A DNA stretch of 64,000 nucleotides, taken from assembly GCA_038222225.1 (NCBI GenBank), contig JBBRHV010000006.1:1626-65625 (forward strand), read 5' to 3'. Below, piece after piece: positions 12,001 to 24,000 of the stretch. The stretch is from Candidatus Omnitrophota bacterium (GTDB lineage Bacteria > Omnitrophota > Gorgyraeia > Zapsychrales > JANLHA01). The first letter of the stretch is position 1. Each line of letters starts with the position of its first letter. The translations under genes and the position numbers were made by a program. The notes beneath the pieces were generated by a model. It was not told the origin of the DNA and searched no databases. It saw only the letters and a program-made list of their open reading frames with translations.

Positions 12001-15000
12001 TTTTACCCGGAGATGTATACGCTCCCGTCTTTGAAGAGGCGACGATCCGGGCATTGAAAAAAGTGTTGAGCATCTTAAACGCTTCGCATGAAGAGATCAA
12101 GCCGCTTGTTGGTGAGATCAGTCATGGGGTCCTTGGGATCCGGGATATGAGATTTTTAAACATCGGCGGAAGGCAGATTTCGTTTATTTCTCGAACGATC
12201 CAACACGACGGCCGCGGGCGTGACTTTTTGGGACGATTGTGCATGGCTGAAAGCGGGGATTTGAACGGCAGGAAGGCGAATATGAATTTGCTTCGCATGG
12301 TCAAAGAACATGGCCGTCCGTATCCGGTTTCTGTCCTGTTTGCCTCTGGACGAACGATTGTCCAAACGCCGCAAGTCAACAGCGCGGTGCTTTTGACCGA
12401 ACCGCTGAGAAAAATGTTCCGCGCATTGAAACCGTGGCTGGTTATCGGCGCCGTTGCTGCCTGGGTGGGTTTTGAAAGAATGAATGCGAATCTCTTTTCT
12501 GGCCCTGAAGGGGGCGCGCATGAGAAATGGATCTTTCTCGACCTTGTTTTAGCCGCCGGTGTTATTGAAGAAATTCAATACAGGTTTGGCGTGTACAGGC
12601 ATGTCTTGAGGCCTTATTTCGGCGTTGTGCTGTCAGTCATCATCAGTTCTTTAGTTTTTGTGGCGGTCCATCTGATCTTTGCGGATGGGACCTTGATCGG
12701 TTTAATATATGTCCTGTTGTTTGGTGTAATTTCTGCCTTGATTTATGAAACCAGCGGCAAGCTGCGCTACGCTATTCTTCTGCACATGATCTCGAACTTG
12801 ATTTGGATCGGCATGAGCGCCGGTCCGTTTGCATATTTTATATTCACGGTCTCGCTTATGGCGCTGATGAAATTAAGCTTTGTTCTATTTATCTTCTATC
12901 ATACGGTCATCGCTGGCGTTAATGAGAGAGGAATCAAGGCCTTTGAACGTTTTGGAAAAACTGATTCGATTGATGAATGGTTAGGTCAAAAAGTTATCAG
13001 ACCGGCGGTGGCTGTGATTAAAAGCCGATGGGCAAAACTTGGCATGAATAAAATGTGGCGAGCAAAAAGCCCGGATGGAAAAGAACATCGCCGCATATAT
13101 GCTTTGGCATTCACAATCAGTGGATTGATCCTGACCTTGCAGTTTGCCGGAGACAGGATGTTCAGATTGTTCTATCCGGTCTCGCCAAGACCTTTGATCA
13201 CTCAAGAAGAGATGCGACAGAACATTCAGCGGGAGAGGGATAAGTTTGAAGCAGCAAAACGTGCCGCCCTCGCACAGACGCCAGGACTCACCACCAATGA
13301 TATTTTTGGTGTGATGTATTCTTACAAAGCGGATCTTTCATTGATCCGGGTTGTTTTATTCCATGACGGTCGCGCATACAGCGTGGAGGTGACATCGTCA
13401 GGTGAGACAATTGTCGATCCGGTAGCGTTATCATGCTACGAGGGCATTCTTACGCTGTTATTTTCCGACGGGCATATGGACAGACATCGTGAACTTCCTT
13501 TAAACGAACGGACTTGGAATGAAGTTGAAGCTTGGAAAAATAGATTGCCTCAAAAACCTGCACCTAAAGTACGGTCGAAACAGGGCGCGCAAAATTCATA
13601 TCATAAATTCAATACAGCGAGTTTGTACAAAGGGGTCAACAGCGCGGTGTTGTTGGGTTACTCGGATAAAGAAGCGTGGAACAAAGAGTCCGGGTTTTTG
13701 CTGGATACATTTTTTACATTTGAGCAGTATGTCGCGGCGGCTTTATATGATCCGGCCTGGGGATTTTATGGCAGTGGGAAGATCAAACTAGGGTTTGATT
13801 TCGGAACCATGCCGATCGCGCTGTCGCCGTTTTTCGGAGAGAAGGTCGCTGAGCGTGTGTACGAGATGTATATCGGCATGCTGAAAGCCGGTACCATCAG
13901 GCCGGATGAGCCGTTTTACATGATCGAGTTTGGGGCGGGAACCGGCGTGTTGGCAAGGGACGTACTGGCATTCTTTAGAGAACAAGCTAAACGCGGACGG
14001 GTTTATAAACGATTCTATGACAATTTGCATTATGTGATCAGCGACCGATCTAGCCCGCTGCTGGAAAAACAAAAGCAGAAGAATGCGGAGTTCTTGGAGG
14101 AAGGCAAGATCCAGTTTGTGATCGGCGATGCTCAAGAGCTTGAAACATTCTTGGAGAAAGAGCGTCCGATCAAGGGAGTTGTATTCTCCAATGAGCTTTT
14201 GGATGCCTTCCCGTCCCATAAAGTTTACATGGATGAACAGGGAGTGGCACATGCCATGGTCTCGATACCGGCTCTTGTCGATCAGCACAGTCCTGATCTC
14301 AGGCCTGGCAGCAGAGGCCGCCTATCGTCAACGATCAGCTTGTTGGCGCAAGTCGGAAAGGTGCTTAAGGCCCACGGGCTTTCGCTTGAAACATTAACTC
14401 AAAAAAGCCGTGAGTTCGCAGGGCGGTCGAATGTAGTCAAACAGATGGTGGATGATGGGGCCGTTGTTTTAAGTCGGGAGGATTTCTGCCGTATCCAGGA
14501 AATTTTCTCCGGTGAGAAAGTCAGTATGTATCGCGAGCTTATCCACAGGGTTATGGCGTTCTCTGAGATGACGGTTCCCGCGGCGCTGGTGCCCGGTTTA
14601 AAGGAATATTTAGATTTCCACAAAGATGAAATGAGGACGGCCCTTCAGGGAGAGTCAGGATGCGCAGTTGTCTCTTCCGGGTGGCTTTCGTTTGCAAAGC
14701 ATGTTTCCGGTTTGATCGATCAGGGATATGTCTTTACGATCGATTATGGAGAGACTACGGCGACATTGTTGAGCGCCAGGCGCAGAGAGAATTTTCCGAT
14801 TTCGATCTATCATCGACGTTTGGGAAGAGAGCGCAATCCTTATCTTCACCCTGGTGATGTGGACATATCGGTTGCGCCGGATTTCACGGTCTTTGCCCAG
14901 GCGGGGCTTGTTCATGGCTTGGTTCCGGTTTATCACGGGGAGCTCCGGTTCTTGCAGGCAGATTCAACCGAAAGGATTGACTCCGCGCAAACCGCTTCAC

Positions 15001-18000
15001 GGGTTAAGCGGCTGTTTACCCAGATGGCGATCGAGGCCAATATTGAAATTAATGCTCTTCGAGCACATGGATTTTCGGGTGATCAATCTCAGAGCATCGC
15101 TGCTGCGATGGAGCGTTATTTTAAAGAGGGTCGCCAGCCTGCGCCGGGAGAGCTTGACGCTAAAGCTCAGGCGGAATTTGACAGCCTTCTTCAATTCGGA
15201 CGTAACGATGCCGATGACAAATATCCTATCTGGGTTGAGCGTTTCTTGCATTCATCCGGGCATAAGATCTTGATCCAGCAAAAGGCGGGCACAGATCCAC
15301 ATTATTCGTTTGGCCAGCCGATCTTGCCGCTGTTTCAGGTGAAGCCCAAGACATCTTTGGCAGTTTCGAATGATTTTATCGGAACAAATTCATCCGTGAT
15401 CGACGATCAAAAGGTTGTTGTTGATATCCGCAGCCTGGCTGAAGATGCCTACGATGAAGCGTTTGCCACACGCCATTCGAATTATAGACGTCATGACTCC
15501 CATCGAGTCCATCATTGCGAGGTCAACACCAATATTTTGCAGGGATTCCTTCAGCTAAAAGGATACAGGGCTATTCAAGTTTTTCATACACCAAAAGGTG
15601 AACCGCAATATTTTGTTATGTTTATGGTTAACGGTGAGGTTTGGGTTGCTGAGCCAACTTGGCAGCTCATGATTCCTGAAGAGAATCGCACTGATGATCT
15701 TCCGCATTGTCTGGTTTTCAAAGAAGCGGATCTTGAGAAAATCATGCAACAATTCGGTATTGTTGAACATTGCCGCGTAAGTTGGCGCAAATCGGTGAGT
15801 GAGAATCGAGACAAACTATTTGAGACCGGGACAAGGGATTCTCTTGGGACGAACGGATCGGTTTTAAATTCAGGCATAACAGGTGTTAAAAAAGGAATAG
15901 GGTATGTGAGTTCGCTCTGGCAAAGGATGCGGCATGGGCGCGCAGACTCTTTTGATCTTCATCAGATGGAGGCTGCCTTCGGATTGCATGTTTTGGGACG
16001 GTTCCTTCGCCGTCGCCCAACGGTTCTGGTGATTCGCGGGAAGGGGCCGTTAAGCGGGCTGCAGGTTCTGGCAGAGGGCTTGGCCGCTCAAAAGTATAAT
16101 GTTGTTCTGTTCAATTATGATTACAGATTGCCGATCAGACAACTAAGCGCTTCGCTGATCGCAGCCTGGAGAGTATTCCAGAAGGCCCATCCACGGCGGA
16201 CGGAGTTTGGGGTGGTGGCGTATTCTTACGGGACAACAGTTCTTCGTTTGGCTGTGGTGAAATCGTTAGATGAGGTCTTCAGAGAGGGGCACATCATTGA
16301 GCTGGCACCGCTCTTGGGCGGATCTAGGAGCGCCTTGAGCGCATCGACGCCGGAGGGGATTGCCTTGGCGCGGTCTTCCGGCAAAGCGGATATGATCCAG
16401 ATAGGGAAGGCCTTGGATCCGAATGGTGAGTTCCAGGCGGAGTTGTTTAATGAAATCAATATTGGATTATATGAGGACCGGTTCAGCCGTGCTTCGCGTT
16501 TTGTGATTATCGCCGAAGGAGATGAACTTGCGCCGCGCCTGGACCGCCGGCCGGATCATTTCACGCGAAGGTATCAGGAGAATCTCGGAGAACATGTCGA
16601 AGTCCGTATTAAGCGGCAGCCGCATGATGCTTTGCCCTCAGAGCCTGCGGCGGTTACAAAAGTGATCGAGCGGTTGAACTCTCGACTTAGACCCGGTGTC
16701 GATACCGCTGAGAGAAAAGCAGACGGCCGTCAAGGGAGAGACATCAATAGCGCGGTGTTGTCCTCTGGGGCTGAGCCGGATTTTTCTTTCGACAAAACAA
16801 TTTCGCCCGATGTTCATCGTGCCAAGATTCGTTATGTAAGCCAAAAGAGAATCGCTCAGGATATGTCACGCACTAGCCATGACCGGGTTCGGGCTAAGGA
16901 AGCCTATTTGCTTGCAGTTCGCGATACGGCGATCAATTTAGCCCGGGCTAGGGATGAGCGGGTCGCTGCTGTACTGCGGAAAATATGTGATACGATCGTG
17001 GTTCGTGCCGGCCCTATGAAATATTTATTGGGGGCCTACCGTTCAAAAGAATTGTTCCTTGATGAATCTCTGCTTTCTGATCCTCAACAGTATTATGAAT
17101 TAATTCTCACATTATTGTATGAAGCGCGAGCGATTGCTTACCCGGCAGGTTTTAATGCGGAAAATGAGGGGTTTGCCCAAGATTGTTTGGTCAACGGGCT
17201 TATTCCAGAACGGATCCATCCGCGCACCGCCAAAGAGCGTCAAAAGATCGTGGAGGCGCTCAAGCTTTTACCAAAAATTCAATCCCCGGTGAATTATCTT
17301 TTAGTCGTGCCGATGTATAAGGAAATGTTCCGTTTGAGTCCTGAGGGCGAAGACGCGTTGCGGCGCAAGGTTTTGGCCATGGCTGTTCTGCATCGGTTGA
17401 ATCCGAATTTGAACGGCCGCATGCTTCTGGTTGATGACGGAACTCCATCCCTGGCATCTGAGGCGTGTGCCCGTGAGATTTGGCGTCAGATCCAAAAGGA
17501 ATTCCAGGCTCGCGGCGAGGTACTGGATCCGGAAGCCGTTACGTTTGCCCATGTCTCCGTTGAGGAAAAGAAAAGCAAGAAGAGCAGAAAAGGATGGGCG
17601 GTTCTGCGGGGGATGCGTTTGGCGCTGGAGCAGGGATGGGCAGATTATATTGGTTATACCGATACGGATATTTCAACAAATCTGCTTCAGATGCCGTTTA
17701 TTTTATGTCCCCTGATCGAGCGCACGGCTGACGTTGCGATCGGATCCCGTTGGGCCAGCGGCGGCAAACAGGAAGGTGTTTCGTTTAGACGGATGGTTTC
17801 AAGTAAAGTCTTTAATATGGCGGTTCATATGTTTCTGCCGGTTTTGTGGCGGATCAGGGATACTCAGCGGGCGTTTAAATTGTTTAACCGGTCAGTATTA
17901 AGAACCATTTTGCCGTATGCCAAGGAACCCGGCTTAGCGATTGATACAGAGCTATTAACACTTGTCCGTATCGCCGGACGGAAAATCATTGAAGTTCCTA

Positions 18001-21000
18001 TTGCATGGATTGATTCTGCCGAGGCAAGTACGATCGATCTGGGGAAGTCTGCCAAAGAAATGCTTTTGGCAATTATGCTGCAGTCGCGCCATATGTTCGA
18101 TCTCAGGCTGATTTTGAATCTTCGGCTTGCAGAGAGGCTGAACCCTGAAAGGAAAGGAACAGATCTCGAGGTTAATAGCGCTGTTCTGGATGCAGAGAGT
18201 TTAAGTTGGAGTGGCTTCATTGAATTTGAACATGCCGGAATGAAACTGCTGGCTATTCAACGCAAGACAGAAGGGCTTGCCGGACGCAGCCTGGCCCGCG
18301 CGAGTATCGAAATTTATCAGCTGATCAGAGGTGTTTCTGAGCCTGCGCTGACCGGATTTGTTGACGTCTGGTTCCGGGAAGACCGAACAGCGGCGGTCCA
18401 TAAAGAATTTTCTTGGAATGATTATTATGCCTTAGGTGTCTTGGGACATGCCCATGGGCCGTTGAAATTAGGTTATTCTTTAGACGGGTATGATACTGTC
18501 TGGAGCTATGGCGAACGCCGGTTTCTGGTTGGGGAAGACCATCCGGCCTTGTGGGTCCATGCGCAATCACGCAATCAGGGGTTAGGGAAGGTCCTGTTTG
18601 GGGCCGCAGCCGAACTGGCCCGCTTGCGCAATTGTCATCTGCTTCGTGTTGAAGAATGCCAGACAGGCGGGCGCAGTCTGTATAGACAGTTTGTTCCGGC
18701 GGATCAACAGCAAAATATTGACGGATCTTCGGTCGTGCTTCAGCTGCAAGGCCGTGATGCACAAAAGACGGGTGAATCTCAAAAGGAAACGAATGCGTCG
18801 ATTTCTGGCGTTGAGGCGGAGCATAACAGTTCGGCTGGGATGCAGGAAAGGTTGGCAAGACTTTGTGAGGAGGCCCTTCATCAAACAGTTTTCCCTGTTC
18901 GAGGCCAAAGCACGGAGGATGTGAAGCGGCTTCTTATCGAGGCGGATAAACAGACGCATAGTATTTTCAGATTCCATTTGGCAAGACTGGTTCTGGCAGA
19001 ATTAGGCCGTTGTTGTTCAGGGGCTAAAAAAGGATGGATCTTCGGTGATGTCGGGGAAGGAACACTTGATCGGATCGGTCCGTTGGGCGATATTGATCTC
19101 ATTATCGGAGTCGCGACCGAAGAAGATAAAGTTGGCGCGGCCCAAAATTTAGCGAGCATTAACGCGTATGTGACGTACTGGTTAAATAAGCTGCAGCATA
19201 CCAAAATAGAGGAGCTCATTGAAACAAGGAATGCGAAAAGAATTTTAACATTGGCAGAGATTGAGGGTAACCCGTTCTATATCCACAATGTCGACAGTCC
19301 TGCTTCGCTTCTTTTTGATGCCGAAACAATTTCAGATGTTCGACGCGCAAACGGATCTGAGTCTGCCGAGGCCAACAGCGCGATCCTGAATCGAGAGGAC
19401 GCGCTGGCCCGGCTTCGCAATCCGGATTATGTTGAGCCGCAAGAATTGACCAGCACCGATCTTTTGGGGACGTGTGAAAAAATCACGCGCTGCACAAATA
19501 CAAGAGTTCAATGCTCATTTGTTCCTCATCAGCAGCATGCTCCCGGAGGTGTCTATGTTGCGGCAGGCGTTGCGCAGACAGCAAGGATGACGGCAACGGG
19601 GCAGGTGCATACACAGACTCAATTTGAAATCACGATCAGGGCAGGTCAAAGAGAGGACATGAAACATGTTTTGCGCATGATCTTAGAGAAGCTGGTGCGT
19701 TTGAGGGATAAGGTGGCTCCGGAAGCATTGGACGCCTTTGATGTTCTGGCGCAAAGAAAGGCCGCCGACATTTCTCTTCATGCCGCAGAGGGAGAATCGG
19801 CGCTTAGGTGGTCACATATGATCGGGCTTAAGGTTGAGGCGGAGAAGCATTTTAATCATGTGCCGGTGAGCATTCAGGCAGATGTGATCTTGACTACGAT
19901 GCCCCGGAGGGAGGCGGCACAGCGTTTGGTTGTTAAATTAAGTCAGGAACAACGGTTTATGATATTGGCTCCGACCGGGTTAAGCCCGCGGGAGATTGTG
20001 GATCAGCTTCTTGCGAAAGAAACCGTTGAGGAGGCAATTAAAAATATCTTGAGGAAAGGGATCCTTCGCGGGATTCATGCCCATGATGATATCCGAAAAG
20101 CGTTTCAGGGCAGCGGGATTTTATGTGAAGCGCTCGTGTCGGATGCCAGGGTCAACCGGATCCATATTTTCAGCGTGCCCAAAAGGATCACGGTTTTAAA
20201 AAGTTATCACTCAACGCCGGAAGATGTGTGGGACGCTTTGCGCCGGGAGAAGGGGCTTAATAATCAGCTTCAGGCGGATTTTGCTGAAAGCGTTCATTCT
20301 CAGATTGCCGCTGATATAGTCATGCGGCGTTTAGGTTTGTGGCGTCTAAAAGAAAAGAAAGACGGGTCTCTGTTTAGAGTCTTAACCCGTTTATTCCGGT
20401 TGAGGCGTTCGTCTTACGGTTTGGCCCAGGCCAGGGAAGACGTGGCACACATCAATTCCCAAATGGCAGGATCTGTTGCAGACTCCCTGACGTGGGTTTC
20501 GGCACCAACATATTTCTTGAGTCTTTCTGATGAGGAACGCAAGGGCCTTGAGGAGGAGATCAAATTTCAACTTCGAAAATTTGGGCCGAAGGCTGTTGAC
20601 CAGGAAGAATTTCAATTGAAATTGAGAGAGTCGATCGCGCAGCGTTGGAGAATCCAGAAGGGGATGACGCCGGAAGAAGTTTTTGACCAATGCGCGCTGT
20701 ATTGGATCGTGGAAGTTGCAAATAACTTCATTCCGAAATTCAATGCCATGAGGTCACGCTCAGAGCGGTTTGAATTTTTGAAGGCCCAGCTTCCGCAGTG
20801 GTATCCGGCGTTGGTAGAGACGTTAGATTCTCTTCAGAGTTTATTAAATGACGGAAGTACATCTTTTGATGTTCGACAGCAGATAGGAACACTGGGCATC
20901 TCAGTTGCGGAACAGGACCTTTTATCAAAAGCATTTTTAGATGAATTTGGGTTTGTGCTGCTTTTGGGACAGTCCGCTCAGGGAACAAAGTCAGATTTAT

Positions 21001-24000
21001 CGACAAGCGCCAGTGTTCTAAATGGAGAAAGCCAGGAAAGTGCGGACTTTGGCGAGGATCAAGATTTATCTCAGATTCTGTTGATGGCCCAAAGGGACCT
21101 CCGGTCTGGGAACCTTTCGCGGTTTGCCGGGATCAATGCTGAAAATCATAAAGAGCGATTATCAGGATTTATTTCTGAGAGCATTCTTCAGAATGAGCGT
21201 TTTGCGCAGGTCATCGGCCTCTTGTCATTTATTTCTGATAATCAGGCTAGGTCTGCTTATGGCTATTCGCCGATTTGTGAACATATGAGTCAGGCGGTTG
21301 CGGTTGAGACGGCAATAAAAGAATTCCAGGTATTAGGCTTGGCGGGCTGGAAGGTCGATTCGAGAGTTTTGACCGGTGTCAAGGATTGGTGGCCCATCGG
21401 TTCTCATCATTCAGCCGCGATCGTTGTGATCGGGGATATTCGTTTCTTTGTCGATATGACATTTCCTGTTCTCATCGAAAGCAATTCAGATTATGCGGAT
21501 TTAAGCAAGCCTCATGGGCTTGTGATGATCCCTGAACAAGTTTTGATCGAACATCCTTCGTTCCTTCAGCTTTATCAGACAGGGATCGCCAGATCCATGG
21601 ATTGCGGATTTTCTGAAATCAAGGGCGTCCAAAGGGAGGATTTAAAATTGACCATGCGGCTCCTTTCTTTAGACGAATTTTCTGATGTGATCGAAACTAT
21701 TCCCGATGATTTTGTCGCTGAACGCTACTCCAAAGAAGAGAGAGCTGCTTTACCAGCCCAAATTGAGAGCCAGGCACTCAAGATCTATTGTTTCTATCTT
21801 CCTCGGGCGGTTTCTCAGGGAGTCCTGGCAAAAGGAGTCGGCATGGTTTTTGTCCGCCAGGAGGGAACGGGCCGTCGCGAGATCGATTTCTTTTTCTTGC
21901 GATGCAGCCTCACTTATATGGGATTTGGGCCGGAAATGATTAGGCGCGTTTTGAGAGAACTTCGCAAAGGAACATCAGGCGTGAAGGAAGTTGGAATAAG
22001 CTCCGGGTTCTTGAAGATGCTTCCGGAAGACAACGGGTCTTCAAAACGGGCAAGGCTTTCGAGAAAGTTCTTTTGCTATCTGGGATTTGAAGGTGATCCG
22101 TTGACGTTGCGTTTGCAAACTTCCGAGGAAAAAAACAAGGTCCCCTCCGCAGCGACAAATGCTTCGGTCATTTTGGATGGAAAAACCTTGAGCGAACAGA
22201 AACCGCTAACGGTTGAAGAATCGTGGCAGCTATTCGCCAGAAAGTTGGAGAAGGGGGCGCGTACGAATAGTCATTCTGGATTGGAAGACAATCCGGTCAT
22301 GTCGCATTTTAACGAGACGAAAAAAAGGAACGCGAATAATTCCTTTGAAACAAATGCGTCCATTCTTCTGGAATGGAGATTGAGGAAAATCATGCAGCCG
22401 TTTTTTGAAGGCGGATATTACGTCGAGAAGCAGGGGGATTCACGTCATGAAATGTTTCTGCGCGTGTGCCATCCGGAGCCAGAGAGACAGGGCGTGTTTC
22501 GTGGTGAAGACAAGACCCGCGCTTTCTGGGTTCAAGCGAGGGAAGATGAGTTTGAGGTCAACTGGGTCTTTCCGGATCTTCCGCCTGGCAAAGGTCTGGG
22601 GCGTGCTTTCATGGCCAGTGCACTTTTATTGCAGGATGGTTTTTGTGGAGGAAAGAAAAAGTTTATTATTGAAGACACAAAAATCTGGTTGTGCCGCAGC
22701 TTCAGAAAGCTTCCCGGATTCGGGATTTTTTATTGGGCGAAAACGTTTCAGTTTGTTGCGTTGCTGTTTTGGTTGGCGGGCCGCCGGGATGTTCTGAAAT
22801 ACAGGCTGACCGGGCGCGTACCCGAGGTTTCAGCGAAATTTAAAGCCTGGCTGCATGAAAGAAATGAACACAACAAGGGCAAGGCTGTAGGGACAGAGCT
22901 TCGAACGACCAATGCCGCGGTGTTGGGCCGTTGGGTGCATGCGTTCGAAGAGGGGTGGGGGCGTGCGGCGAAAACAACCTTGAGCAGGGTTGCTGATGAA
23001 TCGCTTGCATGGAAAAGAAAAATTAATGAGTGGGTCTCTTGGCTGAAAATTTGCCTGCACGTGACGGACCGCAGTGATCGAGTGGTTGCGGCACAGCAAC
23101 AGGATATCCAGATTATTGGAAACAATTTCGGTACGGAGCAACACCCAGCCCGCGTCGGATCGGTAGTTCATATGTCCAGTTCGCATGAACAGGACCCGGG
23201 ACTACCGGTCTGGCGCACATATTTCGAAGGAAAACTCAGCGGCGGGGTAAACGCGGCTGTGCTTGTCCCTGATCGCATGGGCAAGACGTCGGCGGACTAT
23301 TTTGATGAACTTGTCGCGCAGTTTAATGATCAAAACAATGAAGTTTGGCAGAGATTTCGTGCTTCTGTTGAAGCGAACCCCGATCAGTACGATTCAGTTT
23401 GGTTGAAAGTTTTGAAGCAGGCGCGTGCATTAGAGGTTGAAACACAGAAGCAGGTTCAAGAACCCGTGAAGATATTTTTATCGCTGGATTCCGTCTTGAT
23501 CGTTCCTGAAGATGGAAGCATGACCGGTCCTTTATTGCCGTTGGCGCCGGATTCGGAAGCAACGCATCATTTGCCTGCCCTGCCTGTGGTGCCGGAAGCA
23601 ATTCTTTTATTCATTTTCGTTTTGAGCCGCAAAAGACAAGGCCGCGGGGGGAAAGGCAGGGAGTACAGTTTAGCTGCATTCGTTGAGAGCATGCAGAGCC
23701 GATGGAAGGCCGTGAAACGTGCTGGTTTTACGGGCAAAGATTTCTTTGGAAAACGCCATGTCTATAATCTCACGTTGCGGTCTTCGTGTCGGAATTTTGC
23801 GTCAACAGGGTTGAGTGATCCGTCCGTAAAGTTTGCAGGAGAAAGTAACGCATCAGTTCTGAAGGATGCAAAGAATCGTGAGAAGCGTGACAGTTTCAGA
23901 AGTGGACGGCGGTCTCTTTCTGTCGTGTTCACCGTTCTTGGAGTTGCGATCGTTTTGTTTATCGCGCAGACAGCTTTGGCAGGATTGGAAAGGGCGGCCT

